In this document: positions 1 through 12,800 of the stretch, piece after piece | Layout of the letters: every line of letters begins with the position of its first letter | Numbering within the stretch: the stretch's first letter is position 1 | DNA from: Mobula hypostoma | Taxonomy: Eukaryota | Assembly (NCBI RefSeq): GCF_963921235.1 | Contig: NC_086097.1 | Location: 41,232,001 to 41,296,000, forward strand | Direction of reading: 5' to 3' | Length of the DNA: 64,000 nt | Notes under the pieces: generated by a model | The model's input: the letters and a program-made list of their open reading frames with translations, nothing else | The model's database searches: none | Told to the model about the DNA's origin: nothing | Position numbers and translations under genes: made by a program

Positions 1-881
1 AGGCAAGACCCACAGTGCTAGTACTTGAGTTGCTTTGGCAGGAAAGGCTCCAGTTTTAATGTGGGTAGATCAGGGTAGTGCAGGAAGGCACTCGAGGTGA
101 TATGAGTGTGGTGGGCCGAGGAGCCTACTTTTGTGCTGTATGATTCTATGACACTTACACCACCTGCCTGTGGCTGTCATGTAGTCATAATGTTTATGTG
201 TCTGCTTTCTGGGAGCTATTGATAGGAAGCCCAGTGTTCAGTGTAAATCATAGGCTGGACTGTCTCAACTTGGAGATCCCTGCCTGGCATTTTTGTAGAG
301 TGTGTGTTACTGCCAACTTATTCAACTCAAGTTTAATTCTCATTTCACCATATATGAATACAGCCAGATGAGACAGTGTTACTACGGGGTCAAGGTGCAA
401 AAACAAATTATTGACAGTCACACGCAATAAGCACACACAAGATCATAATCACATCAAAAGAGTCCCGAGGTCCACCTCCCCCCATCACAATGCCATGGCT
501 TGATCCCAAGTCTTCATGCATACAAGTCAACAAACTCATATAAGACATCAGTAAAAACACAATGATGCAGAATATGCATATTTATAATACAGACCCCCTC
601 AGCCTATCGATATCATCTGTCAACCGGCCCCTGACACCTGCTGGGCAAGGCAAGGTGTGAGGCCCAGTCTTCTTCCCGACCCCTGACTCCCACTGGGTGT
701 TTCTGCAGCTTTTATCAACCCATGGTTGAACGTACTCTAGGTTACAGAGGGTCAGGGAGCAAAAGTATTAATGAAGCAGCTGGAGGTGGTTAGACCCAGA
801 ATATTGCTCTGGAATGCTGCTGTGATCCCCAGGGACGGGGCTGATCTTCGTGCATGGCCGTCTTCCTTTACATGAGGTATG

Positions 882-1392
882 CAGACATCCCACCCTGCAA
901 AAACTCATTTCAGGGAGGTAGCACCATCAATTTGCAGGAGGCTCCAGGAATTTCTGGGAAAGGTGGGATGTCTGCAATAGAGTAGCTCCTGAGCAGCTAG
1001 CCAGCCAGTGTAAAAACGTTAGCTATGCTAATGAACAAATGACGCCTGTTAAGCTCACCTCAACATGTCTTTTACAGTCTTAAACCACCATGGGCAATAG
1101 AAAAGTCACCGTTGCAAACAGTGCAGCGAGCAACACTGTCATTATTTTTGACCCCTATTAGGCAGGGGTGCACTTTAGTGCAGTCTGGGGTGAAGTAAGT
1201 TTTATATTTTTTTTGGAACACTCTGCCATGGTGCTCTCTCTCTGTCACTCGCGCTCTCTCGCTCTCTCTCTCTCTCTCGCTGGCTCCCAAAAAAATCGAT
1301 TTCTGGGATATTGTATATAATTTGCAGGCATCAGGGAGCCGCTATCAATGCGCGGGAGACTCCCAGAATTTCTGGGAGAGGTGGGATGTCTG
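882..1392 (-). mobile_element. Non-autonomous hAT-type DNA transposon (6-bp TSD) retaining a BED-like zinc-finger first exon
   Basis: 13-bp TIR CAGACATCCCACC (882) / GGTGGGATGTCTG (1380-1392); TSD GGTATG at 876-881 and 1393-1398. Minus strand 1229-1059 reads MAECSKK(fs)YKTYFTPDCTKVHPCLIGVKNNDSVARCTVCNGDFSIAHGGL(fs)DCKRHVE, then a gtgag donor. Confidence 0.8.
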
Positions 1393-1609
1393 GGTATGAC
1401 TCCTTTTACAGGAGTGTTTTCTCTTTGATGTTTTGTCAGTTTCATTGTGTATCTTGATACCGCACTCAATCAAGCTCTGCCTTGATATCAAGTGCAGTTA
1501 CTCTCACCACATCTCTGGAACTTAGCTCTTTGGTCCAAGCAACTGGTAATGTTTGAAGCTGAGTCATGCTGCCAAATTGTGGGTCAGTGAGTCAGCTATT
1601 GGTCAGTAG

Positions 1610-2135
1610 GTCATAGGGTCAAATGGTATGGAGCCAGGCCCTTTGGCCATCATGCCTGTGCTGAACATCAGGTACCAATGTACGTGAATCCTATTTATTT
1701 TAAGCACTTATCTCATGGTTTACAATGCTATTGTGTTTCAGACGCTCATCTTACAAATGTTGTGAGAGTACTTGCTGACACTATTCCTCAGGCAGCGTGC
1801 TCCAGACTCCAACCTCCCTCTGTGTGGGGGAAGAAGAATCCCTTTAAATCTCCTGCCTTGTACCTGAAACATCAATGCCCCCTAGTTTGGCACACCTCTG
1901 CTAAGGGAAAAAACGTTCCTTGCTTTCAAGCCTATAAATCCCCTTCTTGTGTATACTGTATCTTAAACAGGTCCTTTCTCAGTCTTGTGGGTTCCAAAGA
2001 AAGCAATGCCCATCCAGTCTCAAACACTCCAAAAATGGTGAATCTCCCCTGCTCCCCCTCCAGTACATTCATTTCCTTCCTATTGTGTGGCAAGCAGAAC
2101 TGCACATTGTGTGCCAGTAATACTTTTGTATCATA
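1610..2135 (-). mobile_element. Decayed CR1-like LINE 3' fragment
   Basis: Minus-strand remnants of CR1 ORF2 C-terminus (HNVQF...PH...LEGEQGRFT...LLSLE...RLRKDL) followed by a CR1-type 3' tail. Confidence 0.6.
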
Positions 2136-2194
2136 AAGAGTTGTAGAGCTGTGCAATATCATAACATGTCCCTCAGCCCACCGCATTTATGCCA

Positions 2195-2781
2195 ACTATC
2201 AGGCTTTCTCGACTCACTAATTTTTATAGATGCACCGTGGAAAGCATTCTTCTAGGGTGCATCACAACCTGGTATGGAAGTTGTCCTGTCCAAGACTGAA
2301 AGAAGCTGCAGAAGATTGTGAACACGGCGAAGCACATCACACAAACCAATCTTCTGTCCGTGGACTCACTTTACACCGCACGCTGTCGGTGCAATGCTGC
2401 CAGGATAATCAACGACACAACCCACCCAGCCAACATACTTTTCGTCCCTCTTCCCTCCGGGAGAAGGTTCAGGGGCTTGAAGACTCGTACGGCCAGATTT
2501 GGGAACAGCTTCTTTCCAACTGTGATAAGACTGCTGAACGGATCCTGACCCGGATCTGGGCCGAACCCTCCAAATATCAGGAAATGCCTCTCGTTTTTTT
2601 TGCAGTACCTTACTTCCCATTTTTCTTTTTTCTATTTATGATTTATAATTTAAAATTCTAATATTTACTAATTTTAACTATTTTATTTGTAATCCAGGGA
2701 GTGTGAAGCGCAGAATCAAATATGGCTGTGATGATTGTACATTCTAGTACCAATAGTTTGGCGACAATAAAGTATAAAGTA
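2195..2781 (+). mobile_element. Rex1/Babar-like LINE, 5'-truncated 3' end
   Basis: FYRCTVESIL..CITTWYG..NTAKHIT...HPANILFVPLPSGRRFRGLKTRTARFGNSFFPTVIRLLN C-terminal motif; AT-rich 3'UTR ending caataaagtataaagt. Confidence 0.8.
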
Positions 2782-3057
2782 ATCCCACTTGCCTGCATTG
2801 TTTCCATATCCCTCAATGCTCTGTTCATTCAAGTACCTGTCAAAATATTTGGCAAAATATATGGCAAAATCTTTACCATAATTGCTGTTTTCCAGTCACC
2901 TCCCACTTCTGAGGACAAAGAAGATTTGACAATTTCTGCAGGAGTCTCCGCAATCACTTCTCTTGTTTCCCAAATCAGTCTTGGAATTATTTCATCAGGC
3001 CCCAGGGATATTTCCACCTTTAAGGCTACTAAGATATCTAACTACTCCTGCTCAGTT

Positions 3058-4865
3058 TTATCTCCCCTGGTTCAGTCTCTTTCTACCTACATCTGTGACA
3101 CCTCACACACTCTTGATCTTTTCAATGATTTCAAGTTCCCTGGCCCTGATCATCTTAATTTTACTATGGATGTTTAGTTCCTATACACCTCCATCCACCA
3201 CTCTCAGTTTCTTTTTGGGTGCCAGAATCAACCAGCTCACCTCCATCTCACTCTCCTCTATCTAGCAGAACTTGTCCTCACTCTCAATAATTTCTTCTTC
3301 AGCTCCTCCCACTTCCTTCAAGCAAAAAGTGTAGCTCTGGGCACTCGCATGGGTCCCAGCTATGCCTGCCTTTTTGTCAGCTACATGGAAAAATCTATGT
3401 TCCAAGCCAACACTGGTATCACTCCCCAACTTTTCCTATGCTGCATCGATGACTACATTGATGCTGCTTCCTGCACACATGCAGAGCTTGTCAACTTCAT
3501 CAACTTTACCTCCAACTTCCAAATTTACCAGGTCCGTTTCCAACACCTCCCTCTCCTTTCTTGATCTTCCTCTCTCTATCTCTGGAGACAGTTTATCTAC
3601 TAATGTCAATTATAAACCCACTGACTTTCACAACTACCTGGACTATACTCCTTCCCACCCTGTTACTTGTAAAAAGACCACCCCCTTCTCTCAATTCCTC
3701 CATCTTCACCGCATCTGTTCTCAGGATGAGGCTTTTCATTCCAAAGGGAAGGAGATGTCCTCTTCTTCAAAGAAAGGGGCCTCCCTTCCTCTGCCATCAA
3801 CACTATCCTCAACCGCATCTCTTCCTTTTCGCACACATCTGTCCTCACCCCATCTTCCCACCACCTCATCCAGAATAGGGTTCTTCTTGTCCTTACCTAC
3901 CACCCCACCACCCTCCGCACCCAGCACGTACTTCTCCGTGACTTCTGCCATCTCCAGTGGGATCCCACCACCAATCACATCTTTCCCTTGTGCCCATCCC
4001 CCCCCCAACTTTCGGCTTTCCACGGGGATCGGTCCCTCCACGACTCCCTTGTCTATTCGTCCCTCCCCACTGATCTCCCTGCTGGCACTTAGCCTTGTAG
4101 CACCTCCTCTCTCACTACGATTCAGGGTCCCAAACATTCCTTCCAGGTGAGGCGACACTTCATCTGTGAGCCTGCTGGGGTCATCTACTGTATCCAGTGC
4201 TCCCAACATGGCCTCCTGTATATCGGTGAGATTTGATGTAGATTGGGAGACCGCATTGCTGAGCACCTACGCTCTGTCTACCCAAGAAAGCAGGATCTTC
4301 CAGTAACCACCCATTTTAATTCCACCCCATTCCCATTCCAACATGTCAGTCCATGGCAGCCTCTACTGTTGCAATGGGGCCACACTCAGGTTGGAGGAGC
4401 AACACCTTATATTCCGTATGGGTAGCCTCCAAAATATTGGCATGAACATCAATTTCTCGAATTTCCGGTAATGCCCCACCCTGCCCCCCTTCATCATTCT
4501 CCATTCCTATTTCCCTCTCTCACCTTATCTTCTTACCTGTACATCACCTCCCTCTGGTGCTCCTCCCCCTTTTCTGTTCTCTCCTATCAGATTCCCCTTT
4601 CTCCAGCCCTGTATCTCTTTCACAAATCAACTTCACAGCTCTTTACTTCACCCCTCCCCCTCCCAGTTTCACCTATTACCTTGTGTTGCTTCCTCCACTT
4701 CCCTCCCCCACCTTCTTATTCTGACTCTTCATCTTTTTTTCCTTCACTATTGCTGAAGAGTCTCGGCACAAAACATCGACTATACTCTTTTCCGCAGATG
4801 CTGTCTGGCCACATTCTGTGTGTGTTGCTTGGATTTCCAACATCTGCAGAGTTTCTCTTTCATGT
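3058..4865 (+). mobile_element. Penelope-like retroelement (RT + GIY-YIG endonuclease, frameshifted) with 3' pLTR
   Basis: RT motifs (GVALGTRMGPSYACLFV, CIDDYI, SFLDL, YKPTDFHNYLDY); GIY-YIG region (VIYCIQC..YIGE..RLGDRIAEHLRSV) at ~4180-4280; pyrimidine-rich pLTR with a degenerate hammerhead motif at ~4750-4782. Confidence 0.88.
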
Positions 4866-5177
4866 AACAAGTCCTGCTGTCAGTTCGTAATTAGATTTAG
4901 AATTCCACCAACCTCATCTCTCCAAAATTTTCAAGTACAAGGGCATTCTTCCAGGTGGATTCGGATGAGAAATGTTTGTTTCCAACCTTATCTTTTCTTG
5001 TCCACCTCTGTGCAGAGATTGGCAGTCTCACCTCTGATTGGTTCTACTGTTTCCCTGGTTACTTCTTGTCCTTAATATACTGACAAAATAATTTGGGTGT
5101 ATTTATTAAACTTGTCTGTCAGTGCTATCTTATGTTTCTGGTTTACTATATCCTTTTATTATATATCTCCTCTTCAT

Positions 5178-5335
5178 TTTCTATGGAGGGAAAAATGGTC
5201 AACGTTTTGGGCAGGAATCTTCACCCAAAACTACAACTGTTTATTCCCCTCCATAGATGCTGCATGACTTGCTGAATTCATACAGCACATAGTGTATAAT
5301 GTTCTAGATTTCCAGCATCCGCAGAATCTCTTCTG
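5178..5335. mobile_element. Short foldback Penelope pLTR relic
   Basis: Inverted arms ctatggagggaaaa / ttcccctccatag, followed by the pLTR tail gatgctgc...tttccagcatccgcagaatctc. Confidence 0.55.
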
Positions 5336-5494
5336 CATATTCTCTATACTCCTGTGTCCCCTGGCATTTTTAGTGTCTCCTTTTCTTGCATGCAGCACTT
5401 GATATCCCTGAAATCTATGGTTTCTTAGACCGTCTGGCCATATCTTTCATCATTATGGGAAGACAGTGATTCATTTTTGAATGCATCGCCCGGT

Positions 5495-5780
5495 TCAGAA
5501 TTGTTTATTATTACTGACATATGCCATGAAATTTGTTGTCTTATGGCAACGTGATATAAAAGTTACTGCAATTTTTAAAAACGGATAGTGCAAAAGATAA
5601 GCAGTGAGGTAGTGTCCATGGGTTCATGGACCATTCAGAAATCTGAAGGTAGAGTGGAAGAAGCTATTCCTAAAACCTTGAGTGCAAGTCTTCAGGCTCC
5701 TTTCCCTGGTGGTAGTAATGAGAAGAGGACAAGTCCTGAATAGTGAGCATCCTTAATGTTTGCCTTCTTGAGGCATCCAT
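5495..5780 (-). mobile_element. Rex1-like LINE 3' end (decayed)
   Basis: Same 3'UTR type as 14660-15200 (cagaat...tttattatcactgacat...tgaaatttgttg...gaggtagtgt). Confidence 0.6.
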
Positions 5781-5944
5781 CATTTACTTAGCTGCAGGTG
5801 AATGCTTTCAGTCCACTTCTGCAAGGTCCTGTCTAGCCCAGTGTGTCCGCACCGCAACCAAGCTCCCATTTACACTACTCCAATACCTTTCCATTAAAAT
5901 CCCTTTACAGTTCCATCTGCTCCCGCCAGAATCTACCACTCACA

Positions 5945-6125
5945 CATACGCAAGGGACAATTTTCATTAACCTCCCACTTTGGGATGTGGGAGAATACCA
6001 CAGCACTCAGGAAAAAGAGATGTTCAGAAGACAGGTATAAACTGTAGATCGACAACACCCGAGGGCAGGATTGGACCGATGCTTCTGACGCTATGGGGCA
6101 GCTGCTTTCCCACCTGTGCTACTGT
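5945..6125 (-). mobile_element. Old V-SINE (HE1-like) remnant
   Basis: Degenerate match to the SINE at 37376-37677 (tgggatgtgggag..accacagcac..gaaaa...taaact...ggattggacc). Confidence 0.45.
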
Positions 6126-6913
6126 AGTTCTCTTATAGATTTGTATCTGAACATTTGACACATCTTAAAATGTTTTCATCGATTAGCAATTAACCAAGAA
6201 ACCTCTTCACACCAAAATGTGTCAGTCAGCTGGATGAAAATATGGTGCTAACTTTGAAGAGCTCTCCCACTGACATTTCACCACCCGCCAGGGATAACTT
6301 TCAAAAGATTAGATCCAGAATTGCTCATTCTCTGGCTGGACTAGTTGTGTGCTTGTGCAATAAGCTCCTGGATTTACGTTAAAATTTCTACCCACTGCAA
6401 TGATCACAATTAATCTTGAGGAAGTTGATATCCGCAATTGGTGTTTTATTTTTTTTCACTTCTCTGTGACTTGCCTACATTTTCACTCTTCTGGTCCTGT
6501 TGACATTATGCAGGCCTGAGAAAGATTAAAGATAATCTTTATTTATTTTACACGAGAGGTTGCTTTTAAAATTTGCTGTCTAATCCCCCTTGCTTCTATC
6601 ACCATGCTGATGACTAGATTGATAAACTGATAATTAGAATGGATTTGACCTGCTTTTTGCGAACAGGACATATTTGGGTAACTTTCCATGGTGTTGTCGC
6701 GGTACTAGAACAGTTTGGCTGGCAGCACATCTGGTTCTGAAGTGCTTATCATCAGTACTATATCAAGGACTGCTTTTAGTCACTTAGCACCATAAGACCA
6801 TATAGCATTGGAACAGAATTCGGCCATTTTGTCCATCGTGACTGATCCATTTTCCTCCCAAGCCTATTCTCCTGTCTTCTCCCCATAACCTTTTACTCCC
6901 TGACTTCATCACA

Positions 6914-7052
6914 TCCAGTCCTGATGAAGGGTCTCGGCCTGAAGCGTTGACTGTACTCTTTTCCATAGATGCTGCCTGGCTTGCTGGGATGCTCCAGCTT
7001 TTTGTGTGTGTTGATCGGATTTCCAGCATTTGCAGATTTCCTCTTGTTTGTG
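6914..7052 (+). mobile_element. Penelope pLTR fragment with minimal hammerhead motif
   Basis: cagtc-CTGATGA-agggtctcggcct-GAAG-cgtt-gactg (6916-6953), then the pLTR tail gatgctgcctgg...ttccagcatttgcagatttcc. Confidence 0.75.
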
Positions 7053-8294
7053 ATTTGGATAGCGTCTAACTTCTGTGACTTTGAAGATTTCAGGAGGAAG
7101 TTAAATGACACTGCTGCCTGAATGTAGCCAAGAATGCCTTAGCTTGCATGATAGAGTTAATGTGCTGACACCTCTTTACAGATCAGAAATAAGTGATGAT
7201 ATTGGTGAAGTAGTGGAAGTATATGATGTCAATAATAATCTCATGAAGATTGGTGATACATTCGGAAAAGTTCTTGTAGGCCTGCAGTTCTCTACGTATG
7301 GTACCAGGGATATTTGTGAAAAGGATCATAAGATCAAAGGTAAATCAAGGTCTGTTTCAAGGTAAACTCACATATACTATTTCAGGCAAGACTCAAGGTG
7401 AAATATCATAACTGGGTTTAGAGATGGATGTAATGAATCTGTAAGTTCAACACTAATACCACTGCAAAGATCACTGCAAATGCAAAAATATGTGACTCAG
7501 TTAAAATAATACAACCTGTAAAGCTGTTAATTAAGTTTTTAATTATAAATATGGAAGTGCTGTCTGAAATACTGACAGCTCCTTTCCCCCACAGATGCTG
7601 TTTAACCCATCCAGCTTCTCCACCTGTTTGTATTTTGCAGCAGATTCCAGCCCTGCAGTCTCTTCTGATGACCGTATGGTTATTGCTTTGTCTCTAACAC
7701 CTTCTTAAGTACTGTGTCTTGTGACTAACTCTGTTTGGGTTTCCACAATATTTAGCAAAAATTGCAGCAAAGCATTTTATGAAGAATCCGTGAGCAAACT
7801 GTACACACATTGTTTGTGCTCTGTGTGTCTCGTACGTATGTCTCTAATAGGCCAGGTTAGAACACACATATCTGACCACATCTTTGAAGCAACAACCAAA
7901 TCCACTGAAGGAACTCAGTAGATCAAGCAACTTTTTTTCTGGATGGGGTGCAGGGAAAGTATTTGTTAACATTCTTGCTTGAAATGGAGAATTTTTATAG
8001 TTGATTTCCAACTTGACCTCTGTTGGTACTGAAGAGCGAAAACTGGATTCTTCGACCAACGTCTCACTTGTCAGCTTTCTATTTCATTGTCTGACAGGAT
8101 ATTTTATTGTTGAATAAATTATGAGACATTTAAATCTCTTCATCTTCCTCCTCTGCTTGCCCTTAATAGTTTTCTCATAACCTGTTCTAATTGGTGTTTT
8201 TTTCTTCAAATTTAAACTTTTATTTTGTACCTCAGAATCTTAGTGCTAGCTCGTTTCTGCTATCCTTTTAGGCCGAGTTTTTTTTGTAAATCAG

Positions 8295-8605
8295 TGTAAT
8301 GCCCTGTTTTGTATTTTTACTGTTATGCTGTATGTATTACATTTGGGCAGTTCTGTAAGAGCAGTCTGTTCGGTTTTCATCCTTGTTTGGGTTATTGTTG
8401 AAGATAAGAGATGAGGAGAAATATCTGCCATCCAATTAGGATGGTCGAATTAAGGGGAGGTTTCTCTGGTGAGGGACACTAAGGTTGAACTTGGGACATT
8501 TGTTCAAGAGGGGATGAAGAGAGAAGACGCTGGGGAGAGCCGGAGGGAGATCCATTTGTTCGAGATCAATTGCAAGCAACGTTCGAAAGGTGGTGTGTGC
8601 TGGAC
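8295..8605 (+). mobile_element. Probable LTR fragment (U3-like)
   Basis: Starts TGTAATG; has a CCAAT box and a purine-rich tract organised like the LTRs at 50261 and 55336. No matching end found. Confidence 0.35.
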
Positions 8606-11600
8606 TAGTTGGGTGTCATTATTTTCTACTGTATTAGATATTAGACATGGGTAAATGGCTGCCAATAAATATTGTTTGTAGTGACACTAATCTGGTCTTG
8701 AACCGGGATATATGGAATGCATCGTTTGACCTGCCATCATTTAATATCAATCCCTGACTGGGTTTTAACATTCACATTATCTTGGGGTTTAAAATATTGT
8801 GTGCAGCAGCATAGCTGACCTAGCGTGAAATCATTGCAAAACGTGGAATTATTTCTGATTATAGAAGTAAGCCGTGGGGAATATTCCTAATGAAGTGAGG
8901 GATATAGGCATTCTGCATGATGAGAGCTAATGCTGTCTTGTTAACTCATCAACAAGGGGAGAGTGCACAATGACTCTGTCCTGTTTTGATGACACTCTTG
9001 TTCTCTCCACAATTGGCCATTACACATAACTGCTTTCCACTATATTGATAGTTCCACTGATAGTAAATAAAATAAATGTTCTTGGGCTATAAAAGAAATA
9101 CCTCCTTACAAATAGATTTAGATTGACAAAATGACTAAAGGCAATCGTGTTGATATGGAGGGTAAAGCAAATGTGATGCCTGCACTTTTATAAACTGGGA
9201 ACAAAAGCTGTTTAAATGGTATTTTCTGTATTGAATCTAAATTTGTAATGTAATTCCAATGAAATACCCTGAGTGGGCCAGTTCTAACAAGTGACCCTTG
9301 AATGATCAATTTCAAGGAAGAATGCAGCACTTTCAGCTGTGTGCCATTACCCAACACAGAAAATAGCAATGCATTTTTCATACAGAAGCTACAGCATTGA
9401 ATGGGTAGCTATTCTGTTTCTCAAATGAAAGACATTCTCTACATTCCAAAATTAGTTTTCGGGGCCTTTTCTGTGCTAGCAATTATTTTCAAAAGTAATC
9501 ATAAATATACAATTGAACAACAGCTTATCGCATTTGGATCTATTTATAGCACAAATGGCTTCAATTCCTTGTGACTTTTTAATTTAGATATTATGTTACT
9601 TAATTGTTTATGCACAATATATTCATTGAAGCTTTTTTACTTCTAAAATATGTGTCTTAGTGGCAAAGTCTAATTCCAGGGACAAATATAATTTATTTCT
9701 TCTCCTTTTACACACTATGCATAACTGTAATCTATAGATATGTTTTACAATGAATTTTGTTTATAATTGCAATAATATCAGATAAAAATATGGTCTTTGA
9801 CCAATCTTAATCCTATTGAAGAGCTGAGGCCAGATGTTCGCTTATTAAAGTTATAAGATTTAGGTAACATTTTTTTGTGTGGTGGAATATTTATTATGTT
9901 TTCAGTGGATATTTATATAAAAATGCTGCCTATGCTTTTCTTTCTCCTTTTTTATTCAGTGCAAGCCTGCTCAGTGCATGAAATGAAATAGCTGAATCAG
10001 GACTTGTTTTTATTGCAAGCAATAGAATTGGCTGGTGATGTGCTGATTCAGATGGCTTAGTTTTTCCTTGAATGTTTGCGCTCAGTACTGTACCACATTG
10101 TACAGGAGTGCTGCATTTCCAAAGCTCAGCTGAGGCAGTAAATTAATTCCCCCTTCTTGCCCTCTCATTAGACATAAAGTGACCCTGGCAGTGTTTCAAG
10201 GAAGAGTAATGTCTTCCACTTCTGTTCTGGCACAATGTCCCATTTACAGCAATCAGAGCAGATCATCTTGTCATTCACTTGCGGTTGTATGACTTCATGT
10301 GGCAGTGGGCACATTAAAGAAATGTGTGGCCTCAGCATCAGAGATGGTCGAAGGATGGAGATGGACCAGCATTGCGCTGCGATAACCACAGGGAGTGACA
10401 ATGGGACGGCTGACAACTTCGTCAGCAAATGTGGTGTCATGGGATTGAGTCGATTGAATTTATGTAGTTGTAGAGGATGATTTTATTGTTAATAAGAACA
10501 GTGATGAGAAGCTCATCTTAGTACTGAGTGGAGTATCAAGCTGGTGAATCCTGTGTTTTATTTTTGGACAGTAACCAATGAGAAGAATAGAGTCAATGGC
10601 AGCAGAATGGATTTTACAGCAAAGTCAAGACAGTATCTTTACTTTCCACAGGGTCAATACTGTTCCTTCTTGTCTAGTAAGATTACAAGTTTGTGAAATA
10701 TAGCAGAAATGGAAAGGAAGGGAACAGAGGTGAGTGAATTCAGTGTTGAAACTGAATCTGAAAGAAAATCAAAAAATAACTAAAGCATCAGTTAAGTGTA
10801 AGCAAAATACACATAGATTTAAAATATTGTATTCTTAACTGCATTCACAACCTGAGAGATTGAAACTCCGTGCTTTTAATAGTTTACTTTCTGAGCAAAA
10901 GGTTTGATAGACATTGATTAACAAAAATCATGTTGTTAGAAGGATATATACTGTATGTTTTAATTATTCTTACCATTATGTGATACATTTAATGGGCAAC
11001 CAATGGACAATTAAAGTGCAAATGCACCAACTTTATGAAAATCATTGTGAGGTTAAGGGCAATGAGTTGTTTTGTAAAGCTTTGTGGGAGCTTTTTAAAT
11101 CATCCAGCCATTTATGATGGTTTGCAAATGTTTACTGACCTCTGCGTTTTGGAAGTTAAGTATTTAAATGTGTGAAGTATAACCCCTCCAGATTATAAAT
11201 TACCTCTCACTGGAGTTTGCTAGCTAATTAGCATATTGTTACCAGTATGTGTCTTCCTGGAAGACGTTACTTTGAATGTAATCTGGTTCAATACTTCTGA
11301 AATCTTTTGAGACTTGGTGCTGGGTTGAGTTGTTCTCCAATCTTGCCAATTACTTTGCAAATATTTTGTTACCATACAAGGAGGCATTATTAATGCACTG
11401 TTCATTTGTGGTGTGTCCTCCAAATGCTTGGCCTTTATATGTTGATCAATCAGCTGATTGGTCGTTATTACAGAAACTCAATTGTGATGGAGGGAGGAGA
11501 TCACATTGCTGATTGGTTGCATGGCAAACTCCGTGCGTTGTAGTATGGCATTGGCTCATAAGTAGGATTGCATTCAACTTTTCTGTTTACAGAATTGTTC

Positions 11601-11950
11601 ACGGCCTTTCTCTAATGCCCAGACGAATTTCTGTCCCTCTTGATCTTCCTGGGTAGAGACTAGGGAGAGTTGTCCTTGCCCCTTTACAGCCAGTTGATGT
11701 TCATAGATATTTTCAACAGGTTTGATAAGGTGCTGCAAAAGTTTAACTGTTCCATTCTTTCAGTTTCATTATTTATCTTACAAAACTTTGATTACTAATC
11801 CTAAATGCCTTTTTATAGATACCAGCCTTTATCTATTAAATCGTGTTTCTGAAAAGAAAGGAATGATTGATAAGTAACATTTGCAAGTTCTTTGTTTACC
11901 ATGGGGATCCAAGCCTATAAGTGACTCAATTGTGTTTGTCAATTCTGCAG

Positions 11951-12220
11951 ACCCCCCAAGCGTGGAGCCTACATTTCTGGAAATTCGTCAGGGTCAAGGC
12001 CGGACCATCACCATGACCTGCAGAGTTCTGAAAGCATATCCGACTCGTGTGCTGGACTTTGAGTGGAAACTGGGAAATAAAATTTTATTAACAGGGCGCT
12101 TCGAGTCGCAGGATTATACGCAGATCAGAGTAGACCACCTCTCCAAAGACAACTATGGAGTTTACAGCTGCAGCATCAGTAATGAGGCCGGGGCTGGTAC
12201 ATGCAGCTTCCTTGTGACAG
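11951..12220 (+). CDS. MDGA2: Internal coding exon of an MDGA2-like gene (MAM domain GPI-anchored protein), Ig-like domain 6
   Basis: Acceptor ttctgcag|AC at 11950/11951 and donor ACAG|gtaccc at 12220/12221; 270 nt, phase 1/1. Translation (Y)[43 protein letters not shown]...[23 protein letters not shown] has the Ig C-W-YxC pattern and closely resembles recalled vertebrate MDGA2 Ig6 ([31 protein letters not shown]...CSIINEAGAGRCSFLVTG). Confidence 0.92.
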
Positions 12221-12800
12221 GTACCCATTTCGAATGTTTCTATATTTCATGTTGCATATTAATTACCCTGTCATTTTGGTCTAGCAATGCAAAAATTATT
12301 CCTATACTGCTGTAGTCTGTTCTGCTGAGGATATCCACTGTGTTTTGAAGTTTTGCATTCTCTGTTTGCTAGACAGTGTGATGTTAGCTCAACATCTAAC
12401 TGCCAGTCACATGCTTTCATTTTATAGTACCATTATACATCTCACCTGCAGAAGATTAAAGGTCTTTTTGTGCTGTCTGAACTCCAAACATAAAATATGT
12501 CGGATTAATAACAATCATTAAAATTGATGATATACTTATTGTAACAGATGGCAGTGGCAAATAGAAACAGACCTCAGGCTCTGTATTGAAATAACAGTGG
12601 GAACGTTTTCAAGGTTTATGATTACTCTTCGACATAGAATTTAGGAATTAGCCATTTTGTAAAGAAAATGGTGAAGCCTTCTGGAAATGAAGATTTCCAC
12701 AGACGAAAACATAAAAGCTTGCAGTTAAATTAGAAACAAAAAGCACCTTGTCTGAATGTGGAACTCAAGGAGCTAATGATGGGACTAGAGATGCTGGTAA

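Noticed and set aside
11881..12315. 144-aa ORF taken as a complete gene
   Set aside because: Only 11951-12220 is Ig-like and bounded by AG/GT; the flanks are intronic read-through.
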